Shown: positions 1 to 9,847 of the stretch, piece after piece | Layout: every line of letters begins with the position of its first letter | Numbering within the stretch: position 1 is the stretch's first letter | DNA from: an uncultured Chlamydiae bacterium | GTDB lineage: Bacteria; Chlamydiota; Chlamydiia; Chlamydiales; SM23-39 | Length of the DNA: 64,000 nt | Direction of reading: 5' to 3' | Assembly (NCBI GenBank): GCA_963828125.1 | Contig: CAWHDP010000001.1 | Location: forward strand, 381,413-445,412 | The notes under the pieces: generated by a model | Told to the model about the DNA's origin: nothing | The model's input: only the letters and a program-made list of their open reading frames with translations | Databases searched by the model: none | Program-made: the position numbers and the translations under genes

Positions 1-1349
1 TTCCGGATGGCGCTAAATTCAAAGGTTATTGCCATTATACAGTGCAAGACATCCTCCTTAAACCACACAATATCCAATACAAATTGGCTCGATGGGAACT
101 ACCTGATGGCACTTACGTAACAGGGCAACTCCCTAAAGATATCCATGGGCACTATGGCCCAGAATTGGTGACTTACATCCTTCACCAATACCATGCTTGC
201 CGTGTTACAGAGCATCTTCTATTAGACCAGCTACGCGCTATCGGTATTTTGATTTCCGCAGGCCAACTGAACAATATTTTAATTGAGAACAAGAACCCTT
301 TCATTGAAGAAGCTGCAGAGCTAATGCTTGCTGCCACAAGTGTAGAAAACCAGGTGCAAGTGGACGATACAGGCGGTCGGCATAATGGGCAAAATCAGTA
401 CACAACGGTCATAGGGAATCGTTGGTTCAGTATTTTTACAACGACAGAAAGTAAGAGCCGGAAAAATTTTCTCCAATTGCTTCAAAATGGAAAAGAAGAA
501 TATGTGATCAATCAAGATACCCTGGAATATCTGTCACATGTGAACGTTGCTGAGTATCTGCCTGGCTATGTCTCTCTGTCCTTAAATAGCAAATTTGCAA
601 CACTCGCAGAATGGGAGCAATTTTTAAGGGAACGTAATGTTACGAAGGAATCAGAAGTTCGTTTTCTCACAGAAGCAGCTTTGTATGCATCTGTGATACA
701 AAATGGAATCTCACGCGAACTGGGTGTGCATAGTGATGATGCAGGGCAGTTTTATGTATTTCAACATTCGCTATGCTGGATTCATGAAGATAGGCACTAT
801 AGAAAGCTCCTCATGACAACTGACAAGTCTCGATCTGAATTGGAACAAGTCAGAGAGCAAATATGGGATATCTATCAAGACCTTAAAACCTATAAAGAAT
901 CACCCTCTCAAGAAGTTGCAGAGAGCATAAGCAAAAAATTTGATGCCATTTTTCAGCAGAAAACGTCCAGTCCTACCTTGAATCACCAACTGGAGAAAAC
1001 TCGTGACAAAAAGCAAGAACTACTTATGGTTCTGCGGAGGCCGGAGACGCCTTTGCATAATAACAGTTCGGAAACATGTGCCCGTGCGGCAAAAATAAAG
1101 CTGAAAATTTCTGGGGGAACTCGTAGTGAAATGGGGCAGAAAGTTAGAGACACCTTTTTAAGTCTAAAACAGACATGCCGAAAACTCGAGATCAATTTTT
1201 TGTCCTTTTTACAGGACAGAGTACGTGGGAAATATGCGATTCCTCGTTTAGCAACCGTGATTTTTGACCGAGCGCTAGCGGCTGCTGCAGACCCACCCGC
1301 ACGAAACTCAAATGAAGCTGTAGAACATTGTTTGCCTCTCGTTGGGTAA
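1..1349 (+). CDS. IS66-family DDE transposase (5'-partial)
   Basis: Matches the C-terminal part of the 618-aa ORF at 40866; motifs QVDDTG, SDDAGQF, LCWIH, LHNNSSE, ISGGTRS. Confidence 0.88.
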   Translation, partial: PDGAKFKGYCHYTVQDILLKPHNIQYKLARWELPDGTYVTGQLPKDIHGHYGPELVTYILHQYHACRVTEHLLLDQLRAIGILISAGQLNNILIENKNPFIEEAAELMLAATSVENQVQVDDTGGRHNGQNQYTTVIGNRWFSIFTTTESKSRKNFLQLLQNGKEEYVINQDTLEYLSHVNVAEYLPGYVSLSLNSKFATLAEWEQFLRERNVTKESEVRFLTEAALYASVIQNGISRELGVHSDDAGQFYVFQHSLCWIHEDRHYRKLLMTTDKSRSELEQVREQIWDIYQDLKTYKESPSQEVAESISKKFDAIFQQKTSSPTLNHQLEKTRDKKQELLMVLRRPETPLHNNSSETCARAAKIKLKISGGTRSEMGQKVRDTFLSLKQTCRKLEINFLSFLQDRVRGKYAIPRLATVIFDRALAAAADPPARNSNEAVEHCLPLVG

Positions 1350-1439
1350 TTCGCTGCCAGGAGAAATCACATTGCAAGATGCTTGCCTCCTGGGCTAGAA
1401 TAATCCAGTTTTAGCAAGCTTTCAGAAGCGAATTAGAAA

Positions 1440-1916
1440 ATGTGTAAATGTAAAACAAGTTGTTCCACATATCGATGCGATTGTCTAAAAAACGGTCAAG
1501 GATGTACTGAGAAATGTCGTTGTGTTAATTGCCATAACCCTCTGAATGGACAAGACACGGAACATCTGGCATTGTGTGCTATACAAAATATTCGTATCGT
1601 CAAAGACCTTAAAGATAAAGAATTATCCAAAGAAATACTACTGCCGTGTGAATGCGAAAGCGTTCCCTTGAAATCCTTGCTGGGAGAATATGACTGTTCT
1701 AAATGCCAAGAAACTTATTGGTTTTCTTTTTGCTGGAACGATGTAGCTGCAGACAATTGTAGTTGGCATTGTGAGATTTGCAAAACATGTAGAGATTGGA
1801 GAGAGTGGCATTGTGACAAATGCAATAGGTGTACTTATGGTGTGTCACTTCCTTGTGAACATTGCGGCAAAAGGGTCCATATGCAGATTGGTAACCGAGT
1901 CCCATTTCTGGAGTGA
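1440..1916 (+). CDS. Cys-rich (24 Cys) CXC/tesmin-like zinc-binding passenger protein
   Basis: N-terminus [32 protein letters not shown]; identical protein in all three IS copies; stop codon lies in the right TIR. Confidence 0.8.
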   Translation: MCKCKTSCSTYRCDCLKNGQGCTEKCRCVNCHNPLNGQDTEHLALCAIQNIRIVKDLKDKELSKEILLPCECESVPLKSLLGEYDCSKCQETYWFSFCWNDVAADNCSWHCEICKTCRDWREWHCDKCNRCTYGVSLPCEHCGKRVHMQIGNRVPFLE

Positions 1917-1941
1917 TTACCTCAATTTTATGAGCACTTGC

Positions 1942-2010
1942 AATTTTTCCATCCTGAATAAGCCAGTATATAGTTGTATAGATGGGAGGGTTTTCATTGT
2001 TTTTTGGCAT
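1942..2010 (-). pseudogene. 5' stub of a putative immunity gene truncated by IS66
   Basis: ATG 9 nt after the toxin-tip stop (MPKNNENPPIYTTIYWLIQDGKI), then runs into the IS TIR. Confidence 0.45.
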
Positions 2011-2018
2011 TTCAGCTC

Positions 2019-2171
2019 CTATTTGCCTGTGGGAATTTCATCGGCTCTTGGTTCTCTAACGTTGGGATTTCCTGGTCTTGGACCACTAGGAGATGGATTG
2101 TTTTTATTTTCTTTCACATTTGGTCTAGGTATGGGCCCATGCGGCTTGCCAGATCCTCGATACTGTTTCCA
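2019..2171 (-). pseudogene. Orphan polymorphic-toxin C-terminal tip fused to a helicase remnant
   Basis: WKQYRGSGKPHGPIPRPNVKE...VREPRADEIP resembles Ntox24-type tips (from memory); similarity to the helicase paralog stops at about 2172. Confidence 0.55.
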
Positions 2172-2739
2172 TCTTGGTTTTTCATGAGTTGGGAGTCTCA
2201 TTGCTTGAGCTTTGTAAAATTCGGGATTTGGAAATGCTGCAAGGCGCATTCACCGATTCCTTAACCAGGGAGATAGCCCATTTTTGGGGATGTAGATCTC
2301 ATTTCCAACAACGATTTCCAAACTTTCTGGCAGGTCAATACTGGCAGGGACTGTTTTGTTGTGAGTAAATGGTCTATTCCATGGAGTAATATCGTCTTCC
2401 TCGCTCACCCTGAGATGCATTCCAACGACGCGGCCCTTCCTTTCAGCAAGCGAGACAATCGTCTCGGCTTCCTGACGAGAAATCTTTCGTAATCCCGACA
2501 GGAATGCCCATTGATGTCAAGCGACACCAGAAAGTGACCCACCGGCGACATTGAAAAGTGACCCACCCCCAATCTTTTCTTTAATGACTACGGCTGCCTA
2601 ACGACAGCCATATTGGTGCTTTAGCGGTAGTCAGAGGATATGCAAAGCTCTGAGTTGGTGCTGAGGCACAATACTTCTCTTCCACCGAAGGAGAGAGGAG
2701 GCCCCCTCCCCCATGGGGGAGGGGCGAAAACTAAATTTT

Positions 2740-3537
2740 TTACTTCCCTTCTAGAGTCTCCGATTGAAGGACTGTTGTTTTAACCAATCCAGATTTTCGT
2801 TTTTCTTTCAGCCGATAACTTTCTCCGCGAATAGTGACTACATGGCTGTGATGCAAGAGGCGATCTAAAATTGCTGTTGCAACTACAGTATCGCCAAAAA
2901 CTTCCCCCCATTCGCTGACTGAACGATTACTCGTAATTAAGGTACTTCCTTTCTCGTATCGTCGGGAGATCAACTGAAAAAATAAATGAGCCGCTTTCGG
3001 ATCAAAGGGAAGATATCCAAGTTCATCGATAATCAGCAATTTGGGTTTCGAATACCAAACAATCTTGTCTTCAAGACGACCTTCTTGGTGAGCCCGAGCG
3101 AGCTGGGTCAAAAGAGTGGTCGCCGGAGTAAAAAGAACTGTGTATCCTAACCGAATGGCTTCATTGCCAAGCGCAACAGCTAAATGAGTTTTCCCAACTC
3201 CAGGAGGGCCTAATAACAGAAGAGCATCTCCATTGGCAATCCAACGACAAGTTCCAAGTTCGCGTATTTGACCGGCATCCAATGATGGCTGCGCACTAAA
3301 ATCAAACTGTTCAAGAGTTCTTGCATAGGGGAATTTAGCCATCGAGAATCCACGGCGATTACGGGTGTGTTCTCTCTGCTGCATTTCTTGTTCGCAAAAA
3401 AAAGCTAGAGCTTCTCGTAAATTCATTTTCTTACGAGATGCTTCATCGAGAAGGTTGTCGAGTTTGTCTCGGATAGTTGAGAGTTTCAATCGGTGGAGTG
3501 TAGCTACAAGATTTTCATGATTGATGGTCATTACCAA
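2740..3537 (-). CDS. istB: IS21 helper ATPase IstB
   Basis: Walker A GPPGVGKT, LLIIDELGY, AILDRLLHH. Confidence 0.95.
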   Translation of the reverse strand: MVMTINHENLVATLHRLKLSTIRDKLDNLLDEASRKKMNLREALAFFCEQEMQQREHTRNRRGFSMAKFPYARTLEQFDFSAQPSLDAGQIRELGTCRWIANGDALLLLGPPGVGKTHLAVALGNEAIRLGYTVLFTPATTLLTQLARAHQEGRLEDKIVWYSKPKLLIIDELGYLPFDPKAAHLFFQLISRRYEKGSTLITSNRSVSEWGEVFGDTVVATAILDRLLHHSHVVTIRGESYRLKEKRKSGLVKTTVLQSETLEGK

Positions 3538-4832
3538 CCTCCTCCGGTAATAGCTTCATACTCGGTAAGAGGACGAAGCAGCTCGGCAGGTTTGATTGGA
3601 GCATTTGGAACTTCCATTTTCATGCACCAATTAGCCCCTACGATTCCCTTTAAATGATGAGGATTGATGGAGCGTTGCCTCTCTCCTATGCAGACAGGGT
3701 GACGGGCTATTTCGTCAGCATCATAGAGGATTTTGACTTCAGTTTCGGTTAATTGTACTGTGACCTCTTTTTTAATGAAGTGCCATGGCACACTGTAAAA
3801 ATTTGTATCCACCTCCACACAAGCATCCGTATGGACCGATCTTTGCATCTCTCTTCCCAAATAGAAAGGTGGCTTCCCATTTAGCGGTTGAAGAACAGCT
3901 TTTTCTTCTTTCTCAAAGCGATCGATTGGTTTTTCTCCAGTAGTCCCATGGATTCTGAGGTCTGAAATATCTCTCATCCACCAAACGATATGTTCGCCAA
4001 GAGCCTCCCAGCTTGAGAACTCCCTTCCGGCAATTCCATTATACTTAAAATATTTGACCGTGTTTTCGTCCTTCCCCTTCGTTCTTGCTCTATAAGGGGC
4101 GCATGCTTTGGGCTTGAATTTCCAATAGTTAGCAAACGCATGTAGGCGTTCATTGAACACCACTTCTCGTGTCTGCGGGTTGTGACTGATAACAAGTGGC
4201 TTTGGATTGTCCATTAAGACTTCTGATGGGATCCCTCCAAAATGGTTAAAGGCTCCTTCAAGCCCCTCAAACCAGGCCGATTGTCGTTCATGGATAAAGG
4301 CCTGTATATATTGGCGGCGTGAAAAACCAAGAACTGCCGCGAAAAAATAGATCTTCTTCGGCTCTCCTGCAATCTTGATAGTAATCGATCCAAAGTCAAT
4401 TTGCATCTGCTTGCCCGGCGGCGTCTCAAACCGAATCGTCGCCTTTGCTGAAGCAAAGGCCCTTTGTCTAAATAGTTTAACTGCTCTTTCGACAGTGCGT
4501 AGATCAGCTTGCAGATTGTGTTGACGAACCAACTCTTGGCGGATAACCTCTGCATTACCTTTATGGAGGTTAAACATTTCTTCGAGCCAGACATCTAATG
4601 CTTCCAGCCTCTTAATTCTTTTGGGAATATTATACGGGCGCCATTTCCCTTGTCGCCGGTAGTGTTTAACGGTATTGGCACTAATTCCAAGCTCTTTGGC
4701 AATCCGTCTTTTACCCCACCCTTCTGATGACAAATATAAAATTTTCTCTACGACATTAGGTGGTTCCATTCTCTCTTTACTGTCTCCTGTTACAACAGCA
4801 GAGATTTTATTGGGTTCCATGCTTACTCTCAC
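3531..4832 (-). CDS. istA: IS21 transposase IstA
   Basis: RFETPPGKQMQIDFG, DNPK, RARTKGKDE; overlaps istB. Confidence 0.95.
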   Translation of the reverse strand: MRVSMEPNKISAVVTGDSKERMEPPNVVEKILYLSSEGWGKRRIAKELGISANTVKHYRRQGKWRPYNIPKRIKRLEALDVWLEEMFNLHKGNAEVIRQELVRQHNLQADLRTVERAVKLFRQRAFASAKATIRFETPPGKQMQIDFGSITIKIAGEPKKIYFFAAVLGFSRRQYIQAFIHERQSAWFEGLEGAFNHFGGIPSEVLMDNPKPLVISHNPQTREVVFNERLHAFANYWKFKPKACAPYRARTKGKDENTVKYFKYNGIAGREFSSWEALGEHIVWWMRDISDLRIHGTTGEKPIDRFEKEEKAVLQPLNGKPPFYLGREMQRSVHTDACVEVDTNFYSVPWHFIKKEVTVQLTETEVKILYDADEIARHPVCIGERQRSINPHHLKGIVGANWCMKMEVPNAPIKPAELLRPLTEYEAITGGGW

Positions 4833-5820
4833 TTCAAATAGGGGGGTGGGTCACTTTTCAATGTCGAAAGGGGGTCATTTTACACTGTCGCCTGACAATT
4901 GATCCTCATAGGCAATCAAATCCTCATTTACGAATACGCTATTTCCAAGATCTCGAGCCTTTTTTTGCAAAGGGAGTGCGATGAGATTTCCAAATCCACC
5001 TTGAGGCAGTGTATCCTGATTTGGAAAGAATCGATCATAAGAATCTAGCCCGACATCTGGCCGATGTTCCATCGTTTCAGTGAGGATATGACATCCTAGT
5101 TTTCGTGCGAGTATTGCTGGGATTGCTTCAGTAAAAAATAGCCAGACGTGAGCGCCCTTGCCAGAGCGCGAGCGTTCCAGTGCTGCGGGTAAATTCAACT
5201 GATGACAGGTTTTGAGAAAAGCACGTGCATCCTCTTCCCAGCTGGATTTATCGAAATCAGCCGCCAGGAAGAAACAAGTTTCGTCCAACAACATTGGATA
5301 AAGCCCCATGACGAAGTCTTTCCCAAAATCATCTTGGCCAGAAAGATGCCATTTCACCACGTCATCAATCACGGGTAGAAATCTGCGATGTCTGCATTCA
5401 GAGCATTTGATTTTTGGCTTTTCGCAAATTCCTCGTACCCATTCATTGCCACATGCGGGTGAATAGCCTGATTTTCCTGTCTTTTTACTTTCAAACCGCC
5501 TGGGGTATAAGTCTTCACGGCCTCGGAAAAGGGATCGGAATAGGGCGATTTTGGTACAGGAGGATGATTTTTGGGTAAGCTGGAGTTTTTCTTCCATTTA
5601 AATGACCAATAATTTCAAGGAAAGTATAGAGGGTTTTGTCTGTCTTTACAAGTCCTTAAATATGATAGTATTGTATGCAGAAACGAATATATGTAGACAT
5701 TTTTTAAATCTTTGGCGGCTATGCTTATGGGATTTTTTCTCTTTAACCATTGCTATTTGGTCTGAAATCGGCTAATATAAGGTTATATTGAGAGAAATTA
5801 TCTCATAAAGGAGCCTCCTT

Positions 5821-7143
5821 ATGCTGATTCGATTTTCAATTGAAAATTGGATGTCCTTCCAGGCCAAAGCCACTTTCTCGCTAATAGCAAGCCGTGAGCG
5901 TCAACACGGAGAGCGCATTCCTAAAATAGTCAAACTAAAACTGGGGATTCTGCCTGTTGCGGCTGTATATGGCGGCAATGCATCCGGGAAAACCAATCTT
6001 TTTAAGGCCCTGCATTTTGCAAAAGGACTGATCGTTAAGGGGACCCAACCCTACAGCCTAATTGCTGTAGACAGTTTTAGGCTTGGGAACGCACAAAAAG
6101 TCGAACAGCCAGCCCAGTTTGAGTTTGAATTGCTAATTGACGAGACAGTTTATGCATTTAGTTTCTCTGTTAACCGAAAAACCATAATAGAGGAAAAATT
6201 GGTTCATATTTCTGGTAACAGCGAAAAGACGCTTTACCATCGAGTCTCAGGAGAACCTAATTTTGATTCATCTTTAAAGGGTAACCAATCGCTCCAGTTC
6301 GCTTTCAAAGGCACTCGCGATAATCAGCTCTTCCTCACTAATTCAGTTTCTCAAAAAATAGATGCCTTCAAGCCAGTGTACGACTGGTTTAAAGATACTT
6401 TGGAACTGATTGCGCCTGATTCAAGGTTTGAGCTTTTTGAGCAATTTTTGGATGAAGGACATCCTTTGTACGCAACGATGAATAAGATGTTGTCCCAATT
6501 AGATACCGGAATATCTCATCTTGGCGGTGAAGAAATTCCATTTGAAAATTTACCGCTGCCCGAACCGATAAAGATGAAGTTAAGAGAAGAATTGGCAGAA
6601 GATGCGACTGTCAGACTATTAGCCGAACCTGGGAATGAGCGTTTTGTAGTAACTCGAAAGAATGGCGAATTAATCTCAAAAAAACTAGTCACCTATCATT
6701 TAAGTTCTGATGGTTCAGAAACGAAGTTCGATATGAGACAAGAATCGGATGGTTCTCAGCGTGTTATCGACCTTCTTCCCGCTTTTTTAGAGTTATCTGC
6801 GGCTCAATCCAAAAAAGTCTATGTAATCGATGAAGTAGATAGGAGCTTACATACATTGTTGATCAGACGCCTTCTAGAAGGCTATCTAGCAAAATGTTCT
6901 CATAATAGTCGCTCTCAGTTACTATTTACCACTCACAATGTGTTGTTAATGGATCAAGACCTATTGCGACGAGATGAAATGTGGATTGCAGAACGAAATC
7001 CGGAAGGGATTTCTAGCTTGCTGTCTTTTAGCGAGTATAAAGATGTTCGCTATGACAAAGACATTCGAAAAAGCTATCTGCAAGGACGCTTAGGAGGCAT
7101 TCCTCGCATTCTTCTACAATCCCCAATTGTGGGGAGCGACTAA
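5821..7143 (+). CDS. AAA_21 / RloA-like ATPase
   Basis: [11 protein letters not shown]alker [25 protein letters not shown]. Confidence 0.88.
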   Translation: MLIRFSIENWMSFQAKATFSLIASRERQHGERIPKIVKLKLGILPVAAVYGGNASGKTNLFKALHFAKGLIVKGTQPYSLIAVDSFRLGNAQKVEQPAQFEFELLIDETVYAFSFSVNRKTIIEEKLVHISGNSEKTLYHRVSGEPNFDSSLKGNQSLQFAFKGTRDNQLFLTNSVSQKIDAFKPVYDWFKDTLELIAPDSRFELFEQFLDEGHPLYATMNKMLSQLDTGISHLGGEEIPFENLPLPEPIKMKLREELAEDATVRLLAEPGNERFVVTRKNGELISKKLVTYHLSSDGSETKFDMRQESDGSQRVIDLLPAFLELSAAQSKKVYVIDEVDRSLHTLLIRRLLEGYLAKCSHNSRSQLLFTTHNVLLMDQDLLRRDEMWIAERNPEGISSLLSFSEYKDVRYDKDIRKSYLQGRLGGIPRILLQSPIVGSD

Positions 7144-7739
7144 TGGCTCAAAAGCCGCGCACTTTTCAAAGACCTCTAGGAGAGCGTCGATACAAAAAAC
7201 TATTTGTGGTCTCAGTGGAAGGTTCCAAAACTGAGCCCCAATATTTTGCCATTTTTAATCAGCCGCAATCGATCGTCCTAGTAAAATGTCTCAAAAGGCC
7301 ATCAACGGAAAGCTCGCCGATTCAGGTGCTCAAGAAGATGCAGGGATATTTGCGGAAGGAATCTTTAAGAAAAACGGATGAAGCTTGGATTGTGGTGGAC
7401 AAAGATGATTGGACAGAAGACCAGCTTAAAGAACTCTTGCAATGGGCAAAGAAAAGCGAAAACTACGGTTTTGCTCTTAGCAATCCCAACTTCGAATATT
7501 GGCTTTTGCTCCATTTTGAAGATGGAAAAGGGATTGCAAGCCCTCAAGAATGCCTGACTCGCCTGAAGAGACACTTGCCCAATTATAAAAAAGATATCGA
7601 TGGCAAGAAAATCACGCTGGATTTGATGACCAAAGCTATTGCGAGGGCAAAGCAGCGGGATACCGATCGATCCAGTGACCTTTCAAAAATATGGAGCACA
7701 ACTGTCTATAAGCTGGTAGAAAAAATTCTCGAGTTATAA
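7143..7739 (+). CDS. rloB: RloB-family protein
   Basis: VEGSKTEPQYF, VVDKD, SNPNFEYWLLLHF; coupled to the ATPase by a TAATG overlap. Confidence 0.85.
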   Translation: MAQKPRTFQRPLGERRYKKLFVVSVEGSKTEPQYFAIFNQPQSIVLVKCLKRPSTESSPIQVLKKMQGYLRKESLRKTDEAWIVVDKDDWTEDQLKELLQWAKKSENYGFALSNPNFEYWLLLHFEDGKGIASPQECLTRLKRHLPNYKKDIDGKKITLDLMTKAIARAKQRDTDRSSDLSKIWSTTVYKLVEKILEL

Positions 7740-7776
7740 GTGTATGTCATATAGCACAAATCATTGCCGAAAAAAT

Positions 7777-9724
7777 GGCCATTTTCATAACTTCATCATT
7801 CGCCACCCCATCGGTGGTGATCAAGCCGCTTGATTTCCCGATGTTTTTTGCACCCACGTCTGCACCCGCTTGCGCGGCCTGATGGAGGGTTCTTTCAAAA
7901 AATAGCTCGTTTATAGCAAATTCTTTGGTTGTTGAAGCTAAAGGGTTGCAAAAAACGAGCTATGGAAACAGCATCTTCGGTCGAGCCAAAAAATACAAGA
8001 ATATATCGCGTCATTGATCGGGCCAAGCAGGCGGAAGCCACCCGGAAAGTCATTGAGAAAAAAAGAACCCAGAGAGAAGTCGCGGAGGAATACGGCGTAT
8101 CAAGGCCCGCGGTCCAAGCTTGGGTCAGAAGGGTCAATCAACCCAAGGACAGTGTAGACCCCAAAGTGGTTCTCTTCTATGAGTCTCCCGAAGGGCTGGC
8201 CCATTTACACGGCATATTGGTAGGGGCCTATCTTGTATTCCACGCAACAGGTGGTTGTGGGCTGCCGTCCCTACAGAAGTTCTTGGAACTGAGCAAACTC
8301 AGTGCATTCGTCGGATCATCCATTGGCGCATTGCACGGTGTGTCCGCTCAGATTAACCAGCAATTGATTGAGTTCGGCAAACAGGAGCGCGTTCGCATGG
8401 CCGAGGGCATGTCTTTGAAGGAGATGACCGCTGCTGTTGATGAGAACTTCATCATGGAGAACATGACTCTTATTCTGATGGAACCAGATTCTGGTTTTAT
8501 CCTCGCAGAGCAACAGGAGGATAAGCGAGATGCAGCGACCTGGATGAGAGTGTCGCAAGCAGCCACCAATGGGCTGAATGTAAAAATCGTGCAGGTTACG
8601 GGCGATGAAGCAGGCGGTATTATAAAGTATGCCCAAGAGCTCTTAGGCGCGAGTAAGGCATCGGATTTATTCCACGTTCAGCAAGATATCACAAGAGGGC
8701 TAACAAGTGTGCTAGCCCGAAGAGTGCAGCATGCTGAAAAAGCTCTCAGCGACTCCACGGCAATGAAACAAGAGAGGTTCAAAAAACTCACAGAGGTCGT
8801 GCAGACAACGGGCGCTTCGCTCGACAACCCCACTCCGCAAGTTGCAAAGATCGGCAAACAATTGCTCGAGGAAGACAGCCATGAGCAAGAATGTCGGAAA
8901 GTCTTAGAGGAGGCTAAACAAGATTACCAGATCGTGAGGGATGCCAGAAGAGCCATTACTACCTGCTACCATCCTTACGATCTCAGCACGGGCACCACCC
9001 GATCTCCTGAACAGCTGCGGAAGGAATTAGTAGAGGTCCACGAGATCCTTGAGACAGTATCCGAACGGATCGACAGTACAGATGGTCAAAGGAAAAAGCT
9101 CGGGAAAGCCAAAGGCGCGACTGAATCAATGGTACAAACTCTGGCGTTTTTTTTCCGATGTTTACTCCAGGTCATGCAGGGACTCGCATTAGACGAGCAG
9201 GGCCGTCAGGCGTTCGAGTGCCTTGTCGCCATAGAGTATCTCCAGATGGTTTTGAAGCGATGCACAGACAAAAGCCAAAAGGTCGTGATTATTCAAAGCA
9301 TCTCGCGTTTAGTGGTCCGCCAAAGGGATGGTCCCTGGGCTAACCTTACTCCCCGCGAGCAAGCGGTTTGGGGCAAAAAGGCCAGGCAATGCGCTGCTCT
9401 ATTCCAAAGGTCAAGCTCGTGTGTCGAAGGGAGGAACGGGGTCTTATCACTGAAACATCACGCACTCCACAAACTGAGTGCCAACCAATTGCTAGCCCTC
9501 ACCGTGTTGCACAATTTTTTTACCTCACGAAAGGACGGCGGCACAGCTGCGGAGAGATTTTTTGGAAAAAAGCAACGAAATGTGTTCGAGTGGCTGCTGA
9601 GTACTATCGACTTGCCGGTCAGGCCGCGCAAGCGGGCACAGACGCAGGTGCAAAAAGCGCCGGAAAATCAAGCGGCTTGATCACCACCGATGGGGTGGCG
9701 AATGATGAAGTTATGAAAATGGCC
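7777..9724 (+). mobile_element. DUF6399-type IS with ~106-bp imperfect TIRs, copy 1
   Basis: Ends GGCCATTTTCATAACTTCATC...; same 1948-bp unit at 59525-61472; no TSD seen. Confidence 0.88.
7929..9680 (+). CDS. Putative transposase (HTH + DUF6399-like C-terminus); start may be ATG 7962
   Basis: N-terminal HTH, acidic motifs VDE/GDE/SDLFH, FQRSSSCVEGRNG, HNF, AAERFFG. Confidence 0.8.
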   Translation: MLKLKGCKKRAMETASSVEPKNTRIYRVIDRAKQAEATRKVIEKKRTQREVAEEYGVSRPAVQAWVRRVNQPKDSVDPKVVLFYESPEGLAHLHGILVGAYLVFHATGGCGLPSLQKFLELSKLSAFVGSSIGALHGVSAQINQQLIEFGKQERVRMAEGMSLKEMTAAVDENFIMENMTLILMEPDSGFILAEQQEDKRDAATWMRVSQAATNGLNVKIVQVTGDEAGGIIKYAQELLGASKASDLFHVQQDITRGLTSVLARRVQHAEKALSDSTAMKQERFKKLTEVVQTTGASLDNPTPQVAKIGKQLLEEDSHEQECRKVLEEAKQDYQIVRDARRAITTCYHPYDLSTGTTRSPEQLRKELVEVHEILETVSERIDSTDGQRKKLGKAKGATESMVQTLAFFFRCLLQVMQGLALDEQGRQAFECLVAIEYLQMVLKRCTDKSQKVVIIQSISRLVVRQRDGPWANLTPREQAVWGKKARQCAALFQRSSSCVEGRNGVLSLKHHALHKLSANQLLALTVLHNFFTSRKDGGTAAERFFGKKQRNVFEWLLSTIDLPVRPRKRAQTQVQKAPENQAA

Positions 9725-9740
9725 CTTTTTTGCATGCCAG

Positions 9741-9759
9741 TGGTCCACAAATGGTCCAC
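9741..9759. repeat. Arm-type doublet TGGTCCAC-N3-TGGTCCAC (orphaned element end)
   Basis: 9725-9759 matches 45271-45305 with one mismatch. Confidence 0.75.
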
Positions 9760-9847
9760 AGAAATTATACCAAAGTAAGTTTTCCCTTCTGAGGGAAAGG
9801 GGATTTTGGATAAGATCTTTTTTCTTTCTTATATGAAATGATCACTT

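Larger units (their letters stand above)
1..1941 (+). mobile_element. IS66-like element copy 1 (left part outside window)
   Basis: Matches the copy at 40700-43314; right TIR GTGATTACCTCAATTTTATGAGCACTTGC ends at 1941. Confidence 0.9.
2515..4897 (-). mobile_element. IS21-family element
   Basis: TGTCA...TGACA ends with subterminal repeats (AAAGTGACCCACC); 5-bp TSD ATTGA at 2510-2514 and 4898-4902. Confidence 0.95.
2172..5597 (-). pseudogene. Truncated paralog of the primase-like/helicase gene at 47719-50553, interrupted by IS21
   Basis: 4898-5597 encodes a close paralog of the N-terminus; similarity resumes at 2514-2172 (RLAAFPNPEFYKAQAMRLPTHE) with frame damage. Confidence 0.88.

Noticed and set aside
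9158..9778. Repeated small ORFs inside IS copies (e.g. MGQKGQAMRC...)
   Set aside because: They are alternative-frame shadows that recur only because the IS recurs
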